DNA of 64,000 bases from an uncultured Gammaproteobacteria bacterium (GCA_963835795.1 CAWIHJ010000074.1:14392-78391); one strand, 5' to 3'; numbered from the stretch's first letter, positions 49,053 to 59,163 are shown. The notes: generated from the letters alone by a model not told the origin. Made by a program: numbers and translations.

Positions 49053-52000
49053 CTTTGATACCCAGGCAGCGGCTTCCGTGACCACGCTGGATGCACAGGC
49101 AATCCTCAACCTCGAGCTTTCCGGCAGCAAGCTCATCGAGGCCAGTGCCGGTACCGGTAAAACCCACACGATAGCCGACCTCTACCTGCGCCAAGTACTC
49201 GATGGCCGGCTGACATCGCAGATCCTGGTGGTTACCTATACCAACGCTGCGACCGAGGAATTACGCGGGCGTGTGCAGGATCGGCTTTACCAGGCCCTCG
49301 CACTGATCAGCGAAGGTCAGACCGGCGTTGCCGGGCAAACGGCGCAGGGATTTCTGCCGTTGTGGTACGCACAGTGGCAGGATCTGGATCGCGAACTACA
49401 GGATCTGCAGCATGGCCGCCTGCAACTGGCGGTACGCAGCTTCGATGAAGCCTGCATCTCGACCATACACAGTTTTTGCCAGCGCAGTCTCCAGGAGCAT
49501 GCGCTGGCGGGTAACCAGCTGTTCGAAACCGAGTTGTTGAACGATGATGATGCGCTTTGGGAATCTGCGCTCAAGGACTGGTGGCGGATGCAGAGCTACG
49601 ATCTCGACCGCGACACCTGGCTACTGCTGCGCGATGAACTCGGCAGCCTGGAAAAGCTGACGCGTGAACTGCTGCAGTTACGTAACAAGCCCGCGGCGCG
49701 GTTGATACCCGATAGTGGTGAAGACCTGCAGACATTTCTCGCGCGGCCACGGCAGATCGCACAGGAGTTACATCAGCTTGCGCCACAATGGATCAGTCAT
49801 AAGGCGGAGATTAACGACACGCTGCGCAACAGCAAGGTGTTGAGCCGCAGGAAAGATTTGCCCTATTGCCCGGCAAAAATAGACACCTGGCTAGATGCTG
49901 CCGATTACTTCTTCAATGCCGTGGAGGCCGGGCCGCTATTTGAGAATTTCGAGTTTATGGGGTCAGCGTGGCTGGAGCGCGAATCAAAACCAAAGCAACG
50001 CGGTAATGACCCCCGGCTCGAGGGCGACTTCTTTTCTGCAGTCAACCAGGTCGCGCTTGCCTGGGAGACGTTTCGTGGGGATATAGGTCCGCTGTTGCGC
50101 ATCGATGCACTGCGCAAGGTAAGCGCTCGGGTTCAGGCAAGTAAGCGCGAGCTTGCCGTACTTTCGTTTCAGGATCAGCTGAACTTGCTGCTGGAAGCAC
50201 TGGAGTCGATCAGTGGCAAGGATCTGGCGCAGCAGTTACGTCAGCAGTTTCCAGTGGCGTTGATCGACGAATTCCAGGATACCGATGCCATTCAGTATCG
50301 TATTTTCACGCTGATTTATGTGGATCATGATGACGTGAGTCTGACCCTGATTGGCGACCCCAAGCAGGCGATTTACAGTTTCCGTGGTGGTGACATATTC
50401 ACCTACATGCAGGCACGCAAGCTGCCGGCTATCGAGCACTACAATCTACAGGTCAACTGGCGCTCGGAGCCGCGCCTGGTACAAGCCGTCAACACCTTGT
50501 TTGGCATGCGTCCCGATGCTTTCGTCTATCCTGATTCGATCGACTTTCTCCCCGCCGAGGCGAATCCCGAAAACCACCGTTACCAGCTTCGGCTCGGCGC
50601 GCATTCCCCGGCTGCGCTAACCCTGTGGCAGTTACCACTAACGCCCGAGGGCGAAAATTACAGCCGCGCCGACATGCGTGCAATGGTTAACCAGGCAATT
50701 GTCTTCGAGATCAGCGCCTTGTTGCAGGCCGCCCGTGACGGCAGCGCCAGCATCGATGGCAAGCCGCTGCAAAGCGGTGATATCGCCATCCTGGTGCGCA
50801 CCGCTATCGAGGGACAGACGCTTGCCCGCGCGCTTCGTGTGCAGGGCCTGCGCTCGGTGACCATCGGACGGGATTCGGTGTTCGCAAGCGACGAAGCGCG
50901 CGGCCTTTACGATCTGCTGCTCGCCGTTTCAGGGTGCACCGATACTGCCATTGCCGCACGCTCGCTGGCGTCAAACCTGTTACAGCTCGGCTATCGTGAA
51001 ATTGCCGATATCGTCGATGACGATCGTGCCTGGCAAAGCTGGCTGGAAGATCTCGCCGAACTGCGTCAGCTGTGGCAGCGGCAAGGTTTCATCGCGATGT
51101 TCGAGGCGTTGCTGCATCGCTTCGAAATCACCCGTCGCCTGACCCAGCTGGACAGCCGCGAAAGGCGCATCACCAATCTGCTACACCTGGGGGATTTACT
51201 GCAGCAGCAATCGCTACTCACCGCCGGTCAACAACCATTGCTGCGCTGGCTCGAAGACCAGTTCGAGGAAAGCCGGGGTGAGGATGCCGAGCTGCGCCTC
51301 GAGGACGACGAAGAACTGATCAAGATTGTCACCATTCACAAGGCCAAGGGCCTGCAATACCCGATCGTGTTCGTGCCCTTCCTGTGGACCTGCAGACCCG
51401 TCGTCAACAAAGGCCCGCTGCACTTTCACGACACCGACTTACGCGCCTGTATCGACCTGCGCAGCAACGTCGTCGAGGAACACTGGCTAAGGGCCGAGAA
51501 AGAACGCCTGGCCGAGGATTTGCGCCTGCTATACGTGGCCTTGACGCGTGCGCGCTCGCGGCTGTACCTGGCCTGGGGTACCGCCGGCCAGGCGTACAAA
51601 CCCGGATATGCAAAACAAACCGCTCTCGCCTACCTGTTACATTCCCGGCAGACCCATGCCGACCTGGATCACACGGCTGCGAATGGCTTCGCGGACGATA
51701 TGGATATTGACGCGGACTTGCAGCGACTGGTCGACAGCAGTGCGGCCAGCATCGAATGCTGCCCGCTGCCGCAACAGGCGGCCACGCCACCCCGGCATCA
51801 TGACAGGGACAATGCCAGGCTGGAGCTCGCCAGTTGCAAACGCATCCAGCCGACCCAGTGGCGGGTCAACAGCTTTACCGCGCTGACCCGCGCGGTACAT
51901 CAACCCGCCAGCGGCGGTGCGCGGAGCGCCGAACAGGATCCGATCCTCGACTTTCCGGCGGGTAGCCACGTGGGCTTGCTACTGCACTCGTTGCTCGAAC

Positions 52001-52671
52001 ATCTGGATTTCGAGACCGATGTCGCTGCGCAATGCGGGCCACTGTTCGCGCGCCTGCTGGCGCCGTCCGGTATCGGCGATGAATTGCGACCGACGCTGCT
52101 ACGCTGGTTGCAAAATATTCTGCAGACCCCGCTGGACGACGCATCGCTGACCTTGAACCGTATCACCAGCGCGCGGCGGTTGAATGAACTGAGTTTCGAC
52201 TTTGCCCTCGATCAACTCGACTTCGCGTCACTTAACCGGTTCATGCAGTCACGCCATCCGCAACCATTGCAATCACTGACCGGTATCGACTTTCGCGGAC
52301 TGATCACCGGTGTGATCGACCTGGTATTCGAGTACCAGGGACGCTACTACCTGGCCGATTACAAGAGTAACTATCTTGGCAGCGAATTAGCCGATTACAG
52401 CCCTGACCGACTTGAACAGGCGATGCTCGATCGGCGTTACGATTTGCAGTCGTTACTGTATGCCCTGGCCCTGCATCGCCTGTTGGCACAGCGCATCCCT
52501 GATTATGATTACGAACGTCATTTTGGCGGTAGCTATTACCTGTTCCTGCGCGCCATGCGCCCACATCACGGACCAGGCTACGGCGTGTATTTTGAACGCC
52601 CCGAGCGCACTACCATTGATGGTTTCGATGCCTTGTTCGGCTTTACTCCAACCCAGGTGATCGAAGCATGA
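49045..52671 (+). CDS. recB: exodeoxyribonuclease V beta subunit RecB (helicase-nuclease)
   Basis: TTG start with GGAGG SD, overlapping the recC stop (TTGACTAG). EASAGTGKTHTI Walker A; C-terminal nuclease motif. The 1335-aa track ORF is an upstream extension of the same frame. Confidence 0.9.
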   Translation: MTSFDTQAAASVTTLDAQAILNLELSGSKLIEASAGTGKTHTIADLYLRQVLDGRLTSQILVVTYTNAATEELRGRVQDRLYQALALISEGQTGVAGQTAQGFLPLWYAQWQDLDRELQDLQHGRLQLAVRSFDEACISTIHSFCQRSLQEHALAGNQLFETELLNDDDALWESALKDWWRMQSYDLDRDTWLLLRDELGSLEKLTRELLQLRNKPAARLIPDSGEDLQTFLARPRQIAQELHQLAPQWISHKAEINDTLRNSKVLSRRKDLPYCPAKIDTWLDAADYFFNAVEAGPLFENFEFMGSAWLERESKPKQRGNDPRLEGDFFSAVNQVALAWETFRGDIGPLLRIDALRKVSARVQASKRELAVLSFQDQLNLLLEALESISGKDLAQQLRQQFPVALIDEFQDTDAIQYRIFTLIYVDHDDVSLTLIGDPKQAIYSFRGGDIFTYMQARKLPAIEHYNLQVNWRSEPRLVQAVNTLFGMRPDAFVYPDSIDFLPAEANPENHRYQLRLGAHSPAALTLWQLPLTPEGENYSRADMRAMVNQAIVFEISALLQAARDGSASIDGKPLQSGDIAILVRTAIEGQTLARALRVQGLRSVTIGRDSVFASDEARGLYDLLLAVSGCTDTAIAARSLASNLLQLGYREIADIVDDDRAWQSWLEDLAELRQLWQRQGFIAMFEALLHRFEITRRLTQLDSRERRITNLLHLGDLLQQQSLLTAGQQPLLRWLEDQFEESRGEDAELRLEDDEELIKIVTIHKAKGLQYPIVFVPFLWTCRPVVNKGPLHFHDTDLRACIDLRSNVVEEHWLRAEKERLAEDLRLLYVALTRARSRLYLAWGTAGQAYKPGYAKQTALAYLLHSRQTHADLDHTAANGFADDMDIDADLQRLVDSSAASIECCPLPQQAATPPRHHDRDNARLELASCKRIQPTQWRVNSFTALTRAVHQPASGGARSAEQDPILDFPAGSHVGLLLHSLLEHLDFETDVAAQCGPLFARLLAPSGIGDELRPTLLRWLQNILQTPLDDASLTLNRITSARRLNELSFDFALDQLDFASLNRFMQSRHPQPLQSLTGIDFRGLITGVIDLVFEYQGRYYLADYKSNYLGSELADYSPDRLEQAMLDRRYDLQSLLYALALHRLLAQRIPDYDYERHFGGSYYLFLRAMRPHHGPGYGVYFERPERTTIDGFDALFGFTPTQVIEA

Positions 52672-54440
52672 GTTCGCTACTGTACAAGCTGGCGCGCGAT
52701 GGCGACATCAGCTGGTTGAGTTTTTATTTCGCCGACTTCATCAGTAGTCGCGACGGTAGTTCGCCAGACGATCTGCCAGGCCTCGGCGCCGCGCTGGTCA
52801 GCGAAGCCAACCTTGCCGGCAATGTCTGCGTCGAACTCGAGCATTTTCACGGCCGGGCGTTGTTCCCGGGCAGTCGCATCGACGCAGCGCAAATGCCTGC
52901 CGGGCCTTCCACTGAGGCCTGGCACAAAGGCCTGGCAGACAGTCGTTGCGTCGGCGAGCCTGGACAGCAGAGCCCGTTAATCCTTGAAGACGGCCGTCTT
53001 TATCTCAACCGCTACTGGCTTTACGAACATTGTGTGGCCGAGAAACTTGGCGCGATGCTGGCCGCTAAACCCGATACCGACAGGGTACAGCTGGACAGCT
53101 CGATGGCGTCACTGTTAAACCAGCAGCCGGATGTTGACGCCGACCAGGTAGCCGCGATCAAGGCCGCGGCCGACAAATCCTTCAGCGTTATCTCGGGTGG
53201 TCCCGGCAGTGGCAAAACCTCCACCGTTATTCGAATCCTGGCGGTTTTGCTGGCGCAACGCCCGAACTTTCGCATCGCTCTCGCGGCGCCTACCGGCAAG
53301 GCAGCCGCGCGCATGATGGATTCGATACGGCAACGCCTCGAATCACTGGATATCGACAGTGATATCAAGGCCGCGATACCGCTCGAGGCGCGCACCCTCC
53401 ATCGGCTGCTGGGTTATCGTCACCAGGCCTTCTTCTACGATGCACAGCATCGCTTGCCGGTGGATTGCGTGGTGGTCGATGAGGCATCGATGATCGACTT
53501 GAAACTGATGTACCAGTTACTCATTGCGCTGCCCGACGACGCGCAACTGATCCTGCTCGGCGATCGTGACCAGCTGGCGTCAGTGGCCGCCGGAAATGTG
53601 CTCGGCGATATTACCGGTCACGGCCACCGTGCTGGCGCAAACGACCCCGCCATTGCTTCAAGCATCAGCTTGCTGCGCAGCAGTTATCGGTTTGGTCATG
53701 ACAGCGCCATTGGCGAACTGGCGCAACGGGTCCGGCTCGGCGAGGCCAATCAGGCCATCGACCTGTTGAGAAGCAATGCGACTGGACTGGGCTGGTTCGA
53801 GGTCGCACAACAGGCCGACGGTGGGGAACAGGTCGACGCGGATGCGCTGGCATGGATTTACGCTGCCTACCAACCCATTTTCAGCTGCGACTCACCCACC
53901 GAGGCACTCGACCACTATGACCGTACCCGGGTACTCTGCGCTACCAACCGCGGGCCCCTCGGTGTCGATGCACTGAATAGCAGAATTTCGACCGCGTTAC
54001 TGGCGCACAATCAACTACCTGACGCCGAGCTGTTTGCGGGATTGCCGATCATGATTACGCGCAACCTGCACCCACTGGAATTGTTCAATGGCGATACCGG
54101 CGTGCTGTGGTCCTTTAGCGGTGAGCTACGCGCCTGCTTTCGCAACAGCGAGGGTGCCATTCGCGATTTCGCCATCAATCGCCTGCCCGAATTCAAACCC
54201 GCCTGGGCGAGCACCGTACACAAGTCACAGGGGTCCGAGTTTGACTCGGTATTGTTGTTGTTGCCCGCGGATGTCCAGTCCGAGGTGTTATCACGCGAAC
54301 TGGTTTATACCGGAATCACGCGCGCGCGACGCGAGTTTCTGTTGCAGGCACAGGCAGCGGTGTTAACCCAGGCTATAAGCCGCATCACCCGACGTCATTC
54401 GGGGCTTGCCAGCAAACTGGGATGGTCCCCCGTCGAGTGA
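52668..54440 (+). CDS. recD: exodeoxyribonuclease V alpha subunit RecD
   Basis: ATGA overlap with the recB stop; ISGGPGSGKT Walker A; SF1 helicase motifs. Confidence 0.9.
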   Translation: MSSLLYKLARDGDISWLSFYFADFISSRDGSSPDDLPGLGAALVSEANLAGNVCVELEHFHGRALFPGSRIDAAQMPAGPSTEAWHKGLADSRCVGEPGQQSPLILEDGRLYLNRYWLYEHCVAEKLGAMLAAKPDTDRVQLDSSMASLLNQQPDVDADQVAAIKAAADKSFSVISGGPGSGKTSTVIRILAVLLAQRPNFRIALAAPTGKAAARMMDSIRQRLESLDIDSDIKAAIPLEARTLHRLLGYRHQAFFYDAQHRLPVDCVVVDEASMIDLKLMYQLLIALPDDAQLILLGDRDQLASVAAGNVLGDITGHGHRAGANDPAIASSISLLRSSYRFGHDSAIGELAQRVRLGEANQAIDLLRSNATGLGWFEVAQQADGGEQVDADALAWIYAAYQPIFSCDSPTEALDHYDRTRVLCATNRGPLGVDALNSRISTALLAHNQLPDAELFAGLPIMITRNLHPLELFNGDTGVLWSFSGELRACFRNSEGAIRDFAINRLPEFKPAWASTVHKSQGSEFDSVLLLLPADVQSEVLSRELVYTGITRARREFLLQAQAAVLTQAISRITRRHSGLASKLGWSPVE

Positions 54441-54565
54441 TGGGCGCTGCAACGCTGCAACCCGCACCTTGATTTCGACGCCGCTTGTACTAAACAAGTA
54501 GACAACTTCTAGCCTGCAGCGTCTTGCCAACCGGGTAACTCCCCGTTTGCGGACGACACACATTA

Positions 54566-56260
54566 ATGATGAACTCCGGACCCGGTAAAGCCCTGATCGT
54601 CGACGACGAAAAAACCTACCGGCTGGTCTTGAAGGCGTTGCTGGTGAAACAGGGCTACCAGATCATCGAAGCCGAAAACGGGCAACAGGCAGTTGACCTT
54701 TTCCGCCAGCAAAACCCGAGTATCGTCTTCATGGATGTGATGATGCCCGTACTCGACGGCTACCAGGCGACCCAGCAGATCAAGGCGTTCGCGGGCAATC
54801 GCTTCGTACCGGTAATCTTCCTCACCGCGAAAACCGACGAATCGGCGTTGGCGCGCTGCATCGAGGCTGGCGGTGACGACTTCCTCGCCAAACCCTATGA
54901 CACGGCAATACTGCAGAGCAAAATCCGCTCGCTGCAACGCATTGCCGCGCTCAATCGTGAAGTACAGGGCATGTACAGCATGATTCACCGCGAACAGGAA
55001 ATTGCGGAAGCTGTTTTCGTCAACGCCATTCAAGGTTCCAACATCGACAATCCCTGCTTGCGCCAGGCGGTGCGCCCGGCCAGCATTTTCAGTGGAGACA
55101 TGGTGTTGTCGGCCTACTCACCGGCGCGTGACCTGTTCTTTCTGATTGGCGATTTTACTGGTCACGGGTTGCTAGCCGCCCTCGGCGCAATGCCCGTTTC
55201 CGAGTTATTTCGCGCGATGACCGCGAAGGGATTCAGCCCCGGTGATATTCTGCTGGAGATCAATACCAAGCTGCGCCAGATCTTGCCGGTCGGCATGTTT
55301 TTTGCTGCACAGCTGGTGGTTGTCGACCACGATCTCAAGCACGTTCGTGTGTTTAATGCGGGTATGCCCGATTTGTTGATCGTCGATGGTAGCAGCCATC
55401 GCATCAAGCATCGACTGACATCCACCGGCCTGCCGTTGGGCGTGGATGCCGACAGCAATCCGCACGACATGCTGCAGTACGCGCCCATAACCAACAACGA
55501 CAAGATTTTAATGTACAGCGATGGCTTGATCGAAGCCCGTGACAGCGAAGATCGCGAATTCGGCGGCAAGCGGCTCATCGACGCCATCGCCAGGGCGCCT
55601 CAAGACCAGATTTTCGATCACCTGTTCACCGCGCTGGACGGCTTTTGCCGCGGTCGCGCACAGGCCGATGACGTCACCCTGGTGGAAATTACCTGTGTGG
55701 ACGACCTGTTACCCGCCACCAGAATTCCGCTTGCCCACAAACCCGCGGTAAATCAACCGCGCGACCAGAGTGACTGGAAACTGTCGCTACGCTTTGACAG
55801 CCCACGACTGCGCGCAACCAACCCGGTACCGGTGCTGGCCAACTACCTGATGGAAATGGAAGCTCTCGACAATGAACGCCAGGCGCTGTTTACGGTGTTG
55901 ACGGAACTCTACTCAAATGCGCTCGATCACGGAGTGCTGGCGCTGGATTCATCGCTGAAAAATGATCCGGCTGGATTCGAGACTTATTCTCAAATTCGCG
56001 AAAGCCGATTGACCCGGCTCGACAGCGGTTTTGTTCTCTTCGATATGACCGCAGAGCAACGGGGTGATCAACGCAGCATACTGTTGCGGATCGAGGACAG
56101 CGGTGAGGGTTTCGACTTCGCCAACCAGGCATCATCCGCTAGCGTGGAAAACGCGCTCAGTGGCCGCGGGCTGATATTGATCCGTGAGCTGTGCGAATCG
56201 CTGGAGTTCGCCGGCCAGGGCAATATTGCCATGGCCCGCTTCAGCTGGCACACCGGTTAA
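54566..56260 (+). CDS. response regulator receiver - PP2C phosphatase - HATPase_c (anti-sigma-like kinase) fusion, HsbR-like
   Basis: REC domain (LIVDDEKTYRL...FMDVMMPVLDG). PP2C/SpoIIE region (GDFTGHG...YSDGLIEA). C-terminal RsbW-like ATPase (LYSNALDHG...GRGLILI). Confidence 0.7.
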   Translation: MMNSGPGKALIVDDEKTYRLVLKALLVKQGYQIIEAENGQQAVDLFRQQNPSIVFMDVMMPVLDGYQATQQIKAFAGNRFVPVIFLTAKTDESALARCIEAGGDDFLAKPYDTAILQSKIRSLQRIAALNREVQGMYSMIHREQEIAEAVFVNAIQGSNIDNPCLRQAVRPASIFSGDMVLSAYSPARDLFFLIGDFTGHGLLAALGAMPVSELFRAMTAKGFSPGDILLEINTKLRQILPVGMFFAAQLVVVDHDLKHVRVFNAGMPDLLIVDGSSHRIKHRLTSTGLPLGVDADSNPHDMLQYAPITNNDKILMYSDGLIEARDSEDREFGGKRLIDAIARAPQDQIFDHLFTALDGFCRGRAQADDVTLVEITCVDDLLPATRIPLAHKPAVNQPRDQSDWKLSLRFDSPRLRATNPVPVLANYLMEMEALDNERQALFTVLTELYSNALDHGVLALDSSLKNDPAGFETYSQIRESRLTRLDSGFVLFDMTAEQRGDQRSILLRIEDSGEGFDFANQASSASVENALSGRGLILIRELCESLEFAGQGNIAMARFSWHTG

Positions 56261-56310
56261 ACCGCCCACGGCAGCAAACCGCGCCAGGGCTTCAGCTACA
56301 CGGCCCGTGG

Positions 56311-56937
56311 TTATTGCGCCAGTTCCCTGGCGACGAGGAAATCGATGATCTCGATCATGCGCTCGTTACTGCCCGCGAGCGACCCGGATACCAGGTACTT
56401 GCCATTGACAATGACGGCGGGGACACCACTGTTCCCGTAACGCTTTTCCTTGCCCATATTCTTGCGAACCTGGGTTTCGACCGGAAACGAATAATAGTAC
56501 TCACGGAACAACTTTTCGTCGAGCCCCTGTTCGGCCACAAATGCGGCGATGGTGTCGACATTGGTCAAGCGTTGACGTTTTAAATGAAGGGCATCAAAAA
56601 ACTGTCGGTGGGTTTTATCCAGGGCACCCATCAATTGAAACGAATAATAGGCGCGGGCGTGCTCGGTCCAGCTCGGATTGAGCGAGGAAGGTACCTGCTC
56701 GAAGACGACGTTTTCGGGCAGATTAGCCGACCAGCGTTCCACGTATGGCTCGAAGCGGAAACAGTGCGGGCAGCCGTACCAGAACATTTCGGTGACGACC
56801 ACCTTGTCGGGCTGTGACGTTTTAACCGCTGGCGATACCAGCTCGAAATCCTTTCCGACGACAAACGAATTTTGCGCCATTGCGCTTCCTGAGATCATCG
56901 ACAGCAGGGCAATGCCCAATAGCCAGCGCTTTATCAT
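56311..56937 (-). CDS. dsbA: thiol:disulfide interchange protein DsbA family
   Basis: Signal peptide MIKRWLLGIALLSMISGSAMA (AGGAG SD). CPHC active site (FWYGCPHCFRF). Confidence 0.75.
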   Translation of the reverse strand: MIKRWLLGIALLSMISGSAMAQNSFVVGKDFELVSPAVKTSQPDKVVVTEMFWYGCPHCFRFEPYVERWSANLPENVVFEQVPSSLNPSWTEHARAYYSFQLMGALDKTHRQFFDALHLKRQRLTNVDTIAAFVAEQGLDEKLFREYYYSFPVETQVRKNMGKEKRYGNSGVPAVIVNGKYLVSGSLAGSNERMIEIIDFLVARELAQ

Positions 56938-57094
56938 TATTAGTTCTCCTGAGTTGTATTTACCTAGAGACAGGGAAAATGCCAAATAGTTTGGATCAAC
57001 CGATTCTAGTCGACAATTATAAAGCCACTTGATACGGGTCGAGTTTATCGCCGACAGGTGAATGCCGGCTTAATTTACCCGTTTGTTTCCGGGT

Positions 57095-57712
57095 TTATTG
57101 AATGCCGGCAATGTAGGCTGCGACCGATTGCATTTCTTCTGCAGACATGCGCACGACCAGGTTGCGCATCATGCCACCGGTATCGTTGGCGCGACTGCCT
57201 TCCTTGAATTTTTGCAACTGGGCGACGATGTACTCGGGATGCTGGCCTTTCAGCGATGGCCAGCCGGCGGGGCCATTACCTTTACCGCTCGGCATATGGC
57301 AACCCATGCAGGCGGCAACCCGGGTTTCGGTAATGCCACCGCGATAAATGCTCTCGCCCTTCTCAACCATTGCACCATCGAAGGCTACTGCCTTGGGCTG
57401 CTGGCTTTCGAAGTAGGCGGCCAGGTCCTTCATGTCGTCCTCACTGAGACCGGCAACCATGCCCGCCATCGATGGATCGACCCGACGCTCGGCCTTGAAA
57501 TCCTGGAGCTGTTTGACGATATAAGACGCGTGTTGACCAGCCAGTGACGGCCAGATCGGATTAATGCTGTTACCATCGACTCCGTGGCATGCTGCACAGA
57601 CGACGCTTTTGGCTTTTCCAGCTTCGACATCACCGCCAGCAACAGCAGTTGGGGCGAATGAGGACAGGCCGGACAGGACCAGCACGATGACTCCAATTAG
57701 GCTCGCTTTCAT
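57095..57712 (-). CDS. diheme cytochrome c4
   Basis: Two CxxCH sites (CAACHG, CMGCHMPSGKG) and a signal peptide. The cc4-engB-polA neighbourhood is as in pseudomonads. Confidence 0.8.
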   Translation of the reverse strand: MKASLIGVIVLVLSGLSSFAPTAVAGGDVEAGKAKSVVCAACHGVDGNSINPIWPSLAGQHASYIVKQLQDFKAERRVDPSMAGMVAGLSEDDMKDLAAYFESQQPKAVAFDGAMVEKGESIYRGGITETRVAACMGCHMPSGKGNGPAGWPSLKGQHPEYIVAQLQKFKEGSRANDTGGMMRNLVVRMSAEEMQSVAAYIAGIQ

Positions 57713-57793
57713 TTTTTCTCCAGGGGGAAAACGTACGGAAATTCAGGGCGCAAATGTATATCATACCCCAGCCACTCGTTCAACCGTAACCCG

Positions 57794-58393
57794 ATGTTAA
57801 CCATGAGTATTTCATTCAGACAGGCAAAATTCATTACCAGCGCATTCGAGCTCTCGCAGCTGCTGCCCGACACGGGTGCGGAAGTGGCTTTTGCGGGACG
57901 CTCGAATGCCGGCAAATCCAGCGCGATCAATTGCCTCACCGGGCAGAAAAACCTGTGTAAAACCAGCAAGACCCCGGGGCGTACGCAGTTGATCAATTTT
58001 TTCGAAGTGGGTGAGGACAAGCGGCTGGTGGATTTACCCGGCTATGGTTTCGCCAAAGTCTCGAAACAACTGCGCAATCACTGGAACCTGGTGCTGTCCA
58101 CTTTCCTCTTGCAGCGCGAGGCGCTACGTGGACTGGTGATCGTGGTGGATATCCGTCGGGGCATCAGCGATCTTGACCGGGCCTTGATCCACATGATGGA
58201 TAACAGCCTGCCGTTACACATCCTGTTGACCAAATCCGACAAGTTATCGCGCAGCGCCAGGCTCCAGGCGGTGGCGCGCACCGAGGCGCAACTGGTCGGC
58301 CCCGGGCAGAGCGTATCCACGCTGTCGATCCAGACCGGTACAGGTCTCGACCTGCTGGAACAGCAGTGCGGTGCCTGGTTATCGACGCCGTAA
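57794..58393 (+). CDS. engB: ribosome biogenesis GTP-binding protein EngB/YihA
   Basis: GRSNAGKSS G1 motif, DLPGYG G3 motif, TKSDK G4 motif. Confidence 0.85.
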   Translation: MLTMSISFRQAKFITSAFELSQLLPDTGAEVAFAGRSNAGKSSAINCLTGQKNLCKTSKTPGRTQLINFFEVGEDKRLVDLPGYGFAKVSKQLRNHWNLVLSTFLLQREALRGLVIVVDIRRGISDLDRALIHMMDNSLPLHILLTKSDKLSRSARLQAVARTEAQLVGPGQSVSTLSIQTGTGLDLLEQQCGAWLSTP

Positions 58394-58431
58394 ATTCGCA
58401 AACTATGGGGATTTTAAGGCTGATTGACGCG

Positions 58432-58791
58432 TTACGCGTTTAACCACAACAGCGTTTCCCTGAAAGCTGACCACTGTTTCACCAAATCATCCAGCCTGGC
58501 CGATACGGCCGCGCTTTTCCCACTTGCCGGCAGCGGATTCGCCGCGGCCTCCAGCAAAGCATCGACGATGGCATCGGCCTCATCAAATGTGCAGCTGACC
58601 AGGCAATAATCGTCGAATGGGTGACCCGTGTGTTTGCGCGGTTTCTCTACTTTGCCGCTCATCAGTGCGATGGCAACGAGAGCAGCCTGTTTCGCCTCGT
58701 AACGCCTAAGATAAGTCAGGGTTTCTTGCAGATCCGACACCTTGAAGGCATTCTGCTGGCAACAAATTTCCTTATACTCTAGCGAATTCAT
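58432..58791 (-). CDS. hypothetical protein (about 120 aa)
   Basis: ORF between engB and the polA-proximal sRNA candidate. Start at ATG (MNSLEYKE); the track ORF starts at TTG 58809. No motif recognised. Confidence 0.35.
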   Translation of the reverse strand: MNSLEYKEICCQQNAFKVSDLQETLTYLRRYEAKQAALVAIALMSGKVEKPRKHTGHPFDDYCLVSCTFDEADAIVDALLEAAANPLPASGKSAAVSARLDDLVKQWSAFRETLLWLNA

Positions 58792-58810
58792 CGGCGCTCT
58801 TGGCGGCAAG

Positions 58811-58840
58811 AAAAAATCCCTGGCAGAAAACTGCCAGGGA
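58811..58840 (-). terminator. rho-independent terminator on minus strand (tccctggcag-tttt-ctgccaggga + TTTTTT)
   Basis: 10-bp perfect stem and a T6 tract read on the reverse complement. Terminates transcription coming from the polA side. Confidence 0.55.
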
Positions 58841-58922
58841 TAAACGTGTGACCCGGATGGGGTTTCCGGATCGTTGTCCGCTCATAGGAGGGAGAACGGA
58901 CATAGCGCCGGGCTAAAGCGCT
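58811..58922 (-). ncRNA. candidate Spot42/ErsA-like small RNA at the conserved polA-downstream locus
   Basis: AlgU/sigmaE-type promoter GAACTA-N16-TCTAC at 58929..58955 (minus). No ORF. Intrinsic terminator at 58811..58840. About 110-nt transcript. E. coli spf and Pseudomonas ersA occupy the same position between polA and engB. Confidence 0.35.
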
Positions 58923-58928
58923 ACTTTG

Positions 58929-58955
58929 GTAGACATTCGACGCGTGGGTTAGTTC
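58929..58955 (-). promoter_or_regulatory. AlgU/RpoE-like promoter GAACTA-N16-TCTAC
   Basis: Read on the reverse complement of 58955..58929; consensus GAACTT-N16/17-TCTGA. Confidence 0.35.
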
Positions 58956-59059
58956 CGATTTCCACTACTGCAAATCCGCATCGAAAGGCGTCAATAACTA
59001 TTCATATGGGGTTTGCAGGGCACAAATCAAGTTTGCCTACGAACCGTTGTATAAATTTA

Positions 59060-59132
59060 CGCTATCCATGGGCCATTGGATCAGTTTCCGGCAAAAAAGT
59101 TTTATGCCGGATAGCCGCTATCCATGGGCCAT
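59060..59132. repeat. two copies of 17-bp direct repeat CGCTATCCATGGGCCAT (59060..59076, 59116..59132), each with near-palindromic core ATGGGCCAT
   Basis: Read in sequence. Located between the polA stop and the sRNA promoter. Confidence 0.45.
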
Positions 59133-59163
59133 CAGAATGGAACCCATGTGGCTGCAGGCGAAC

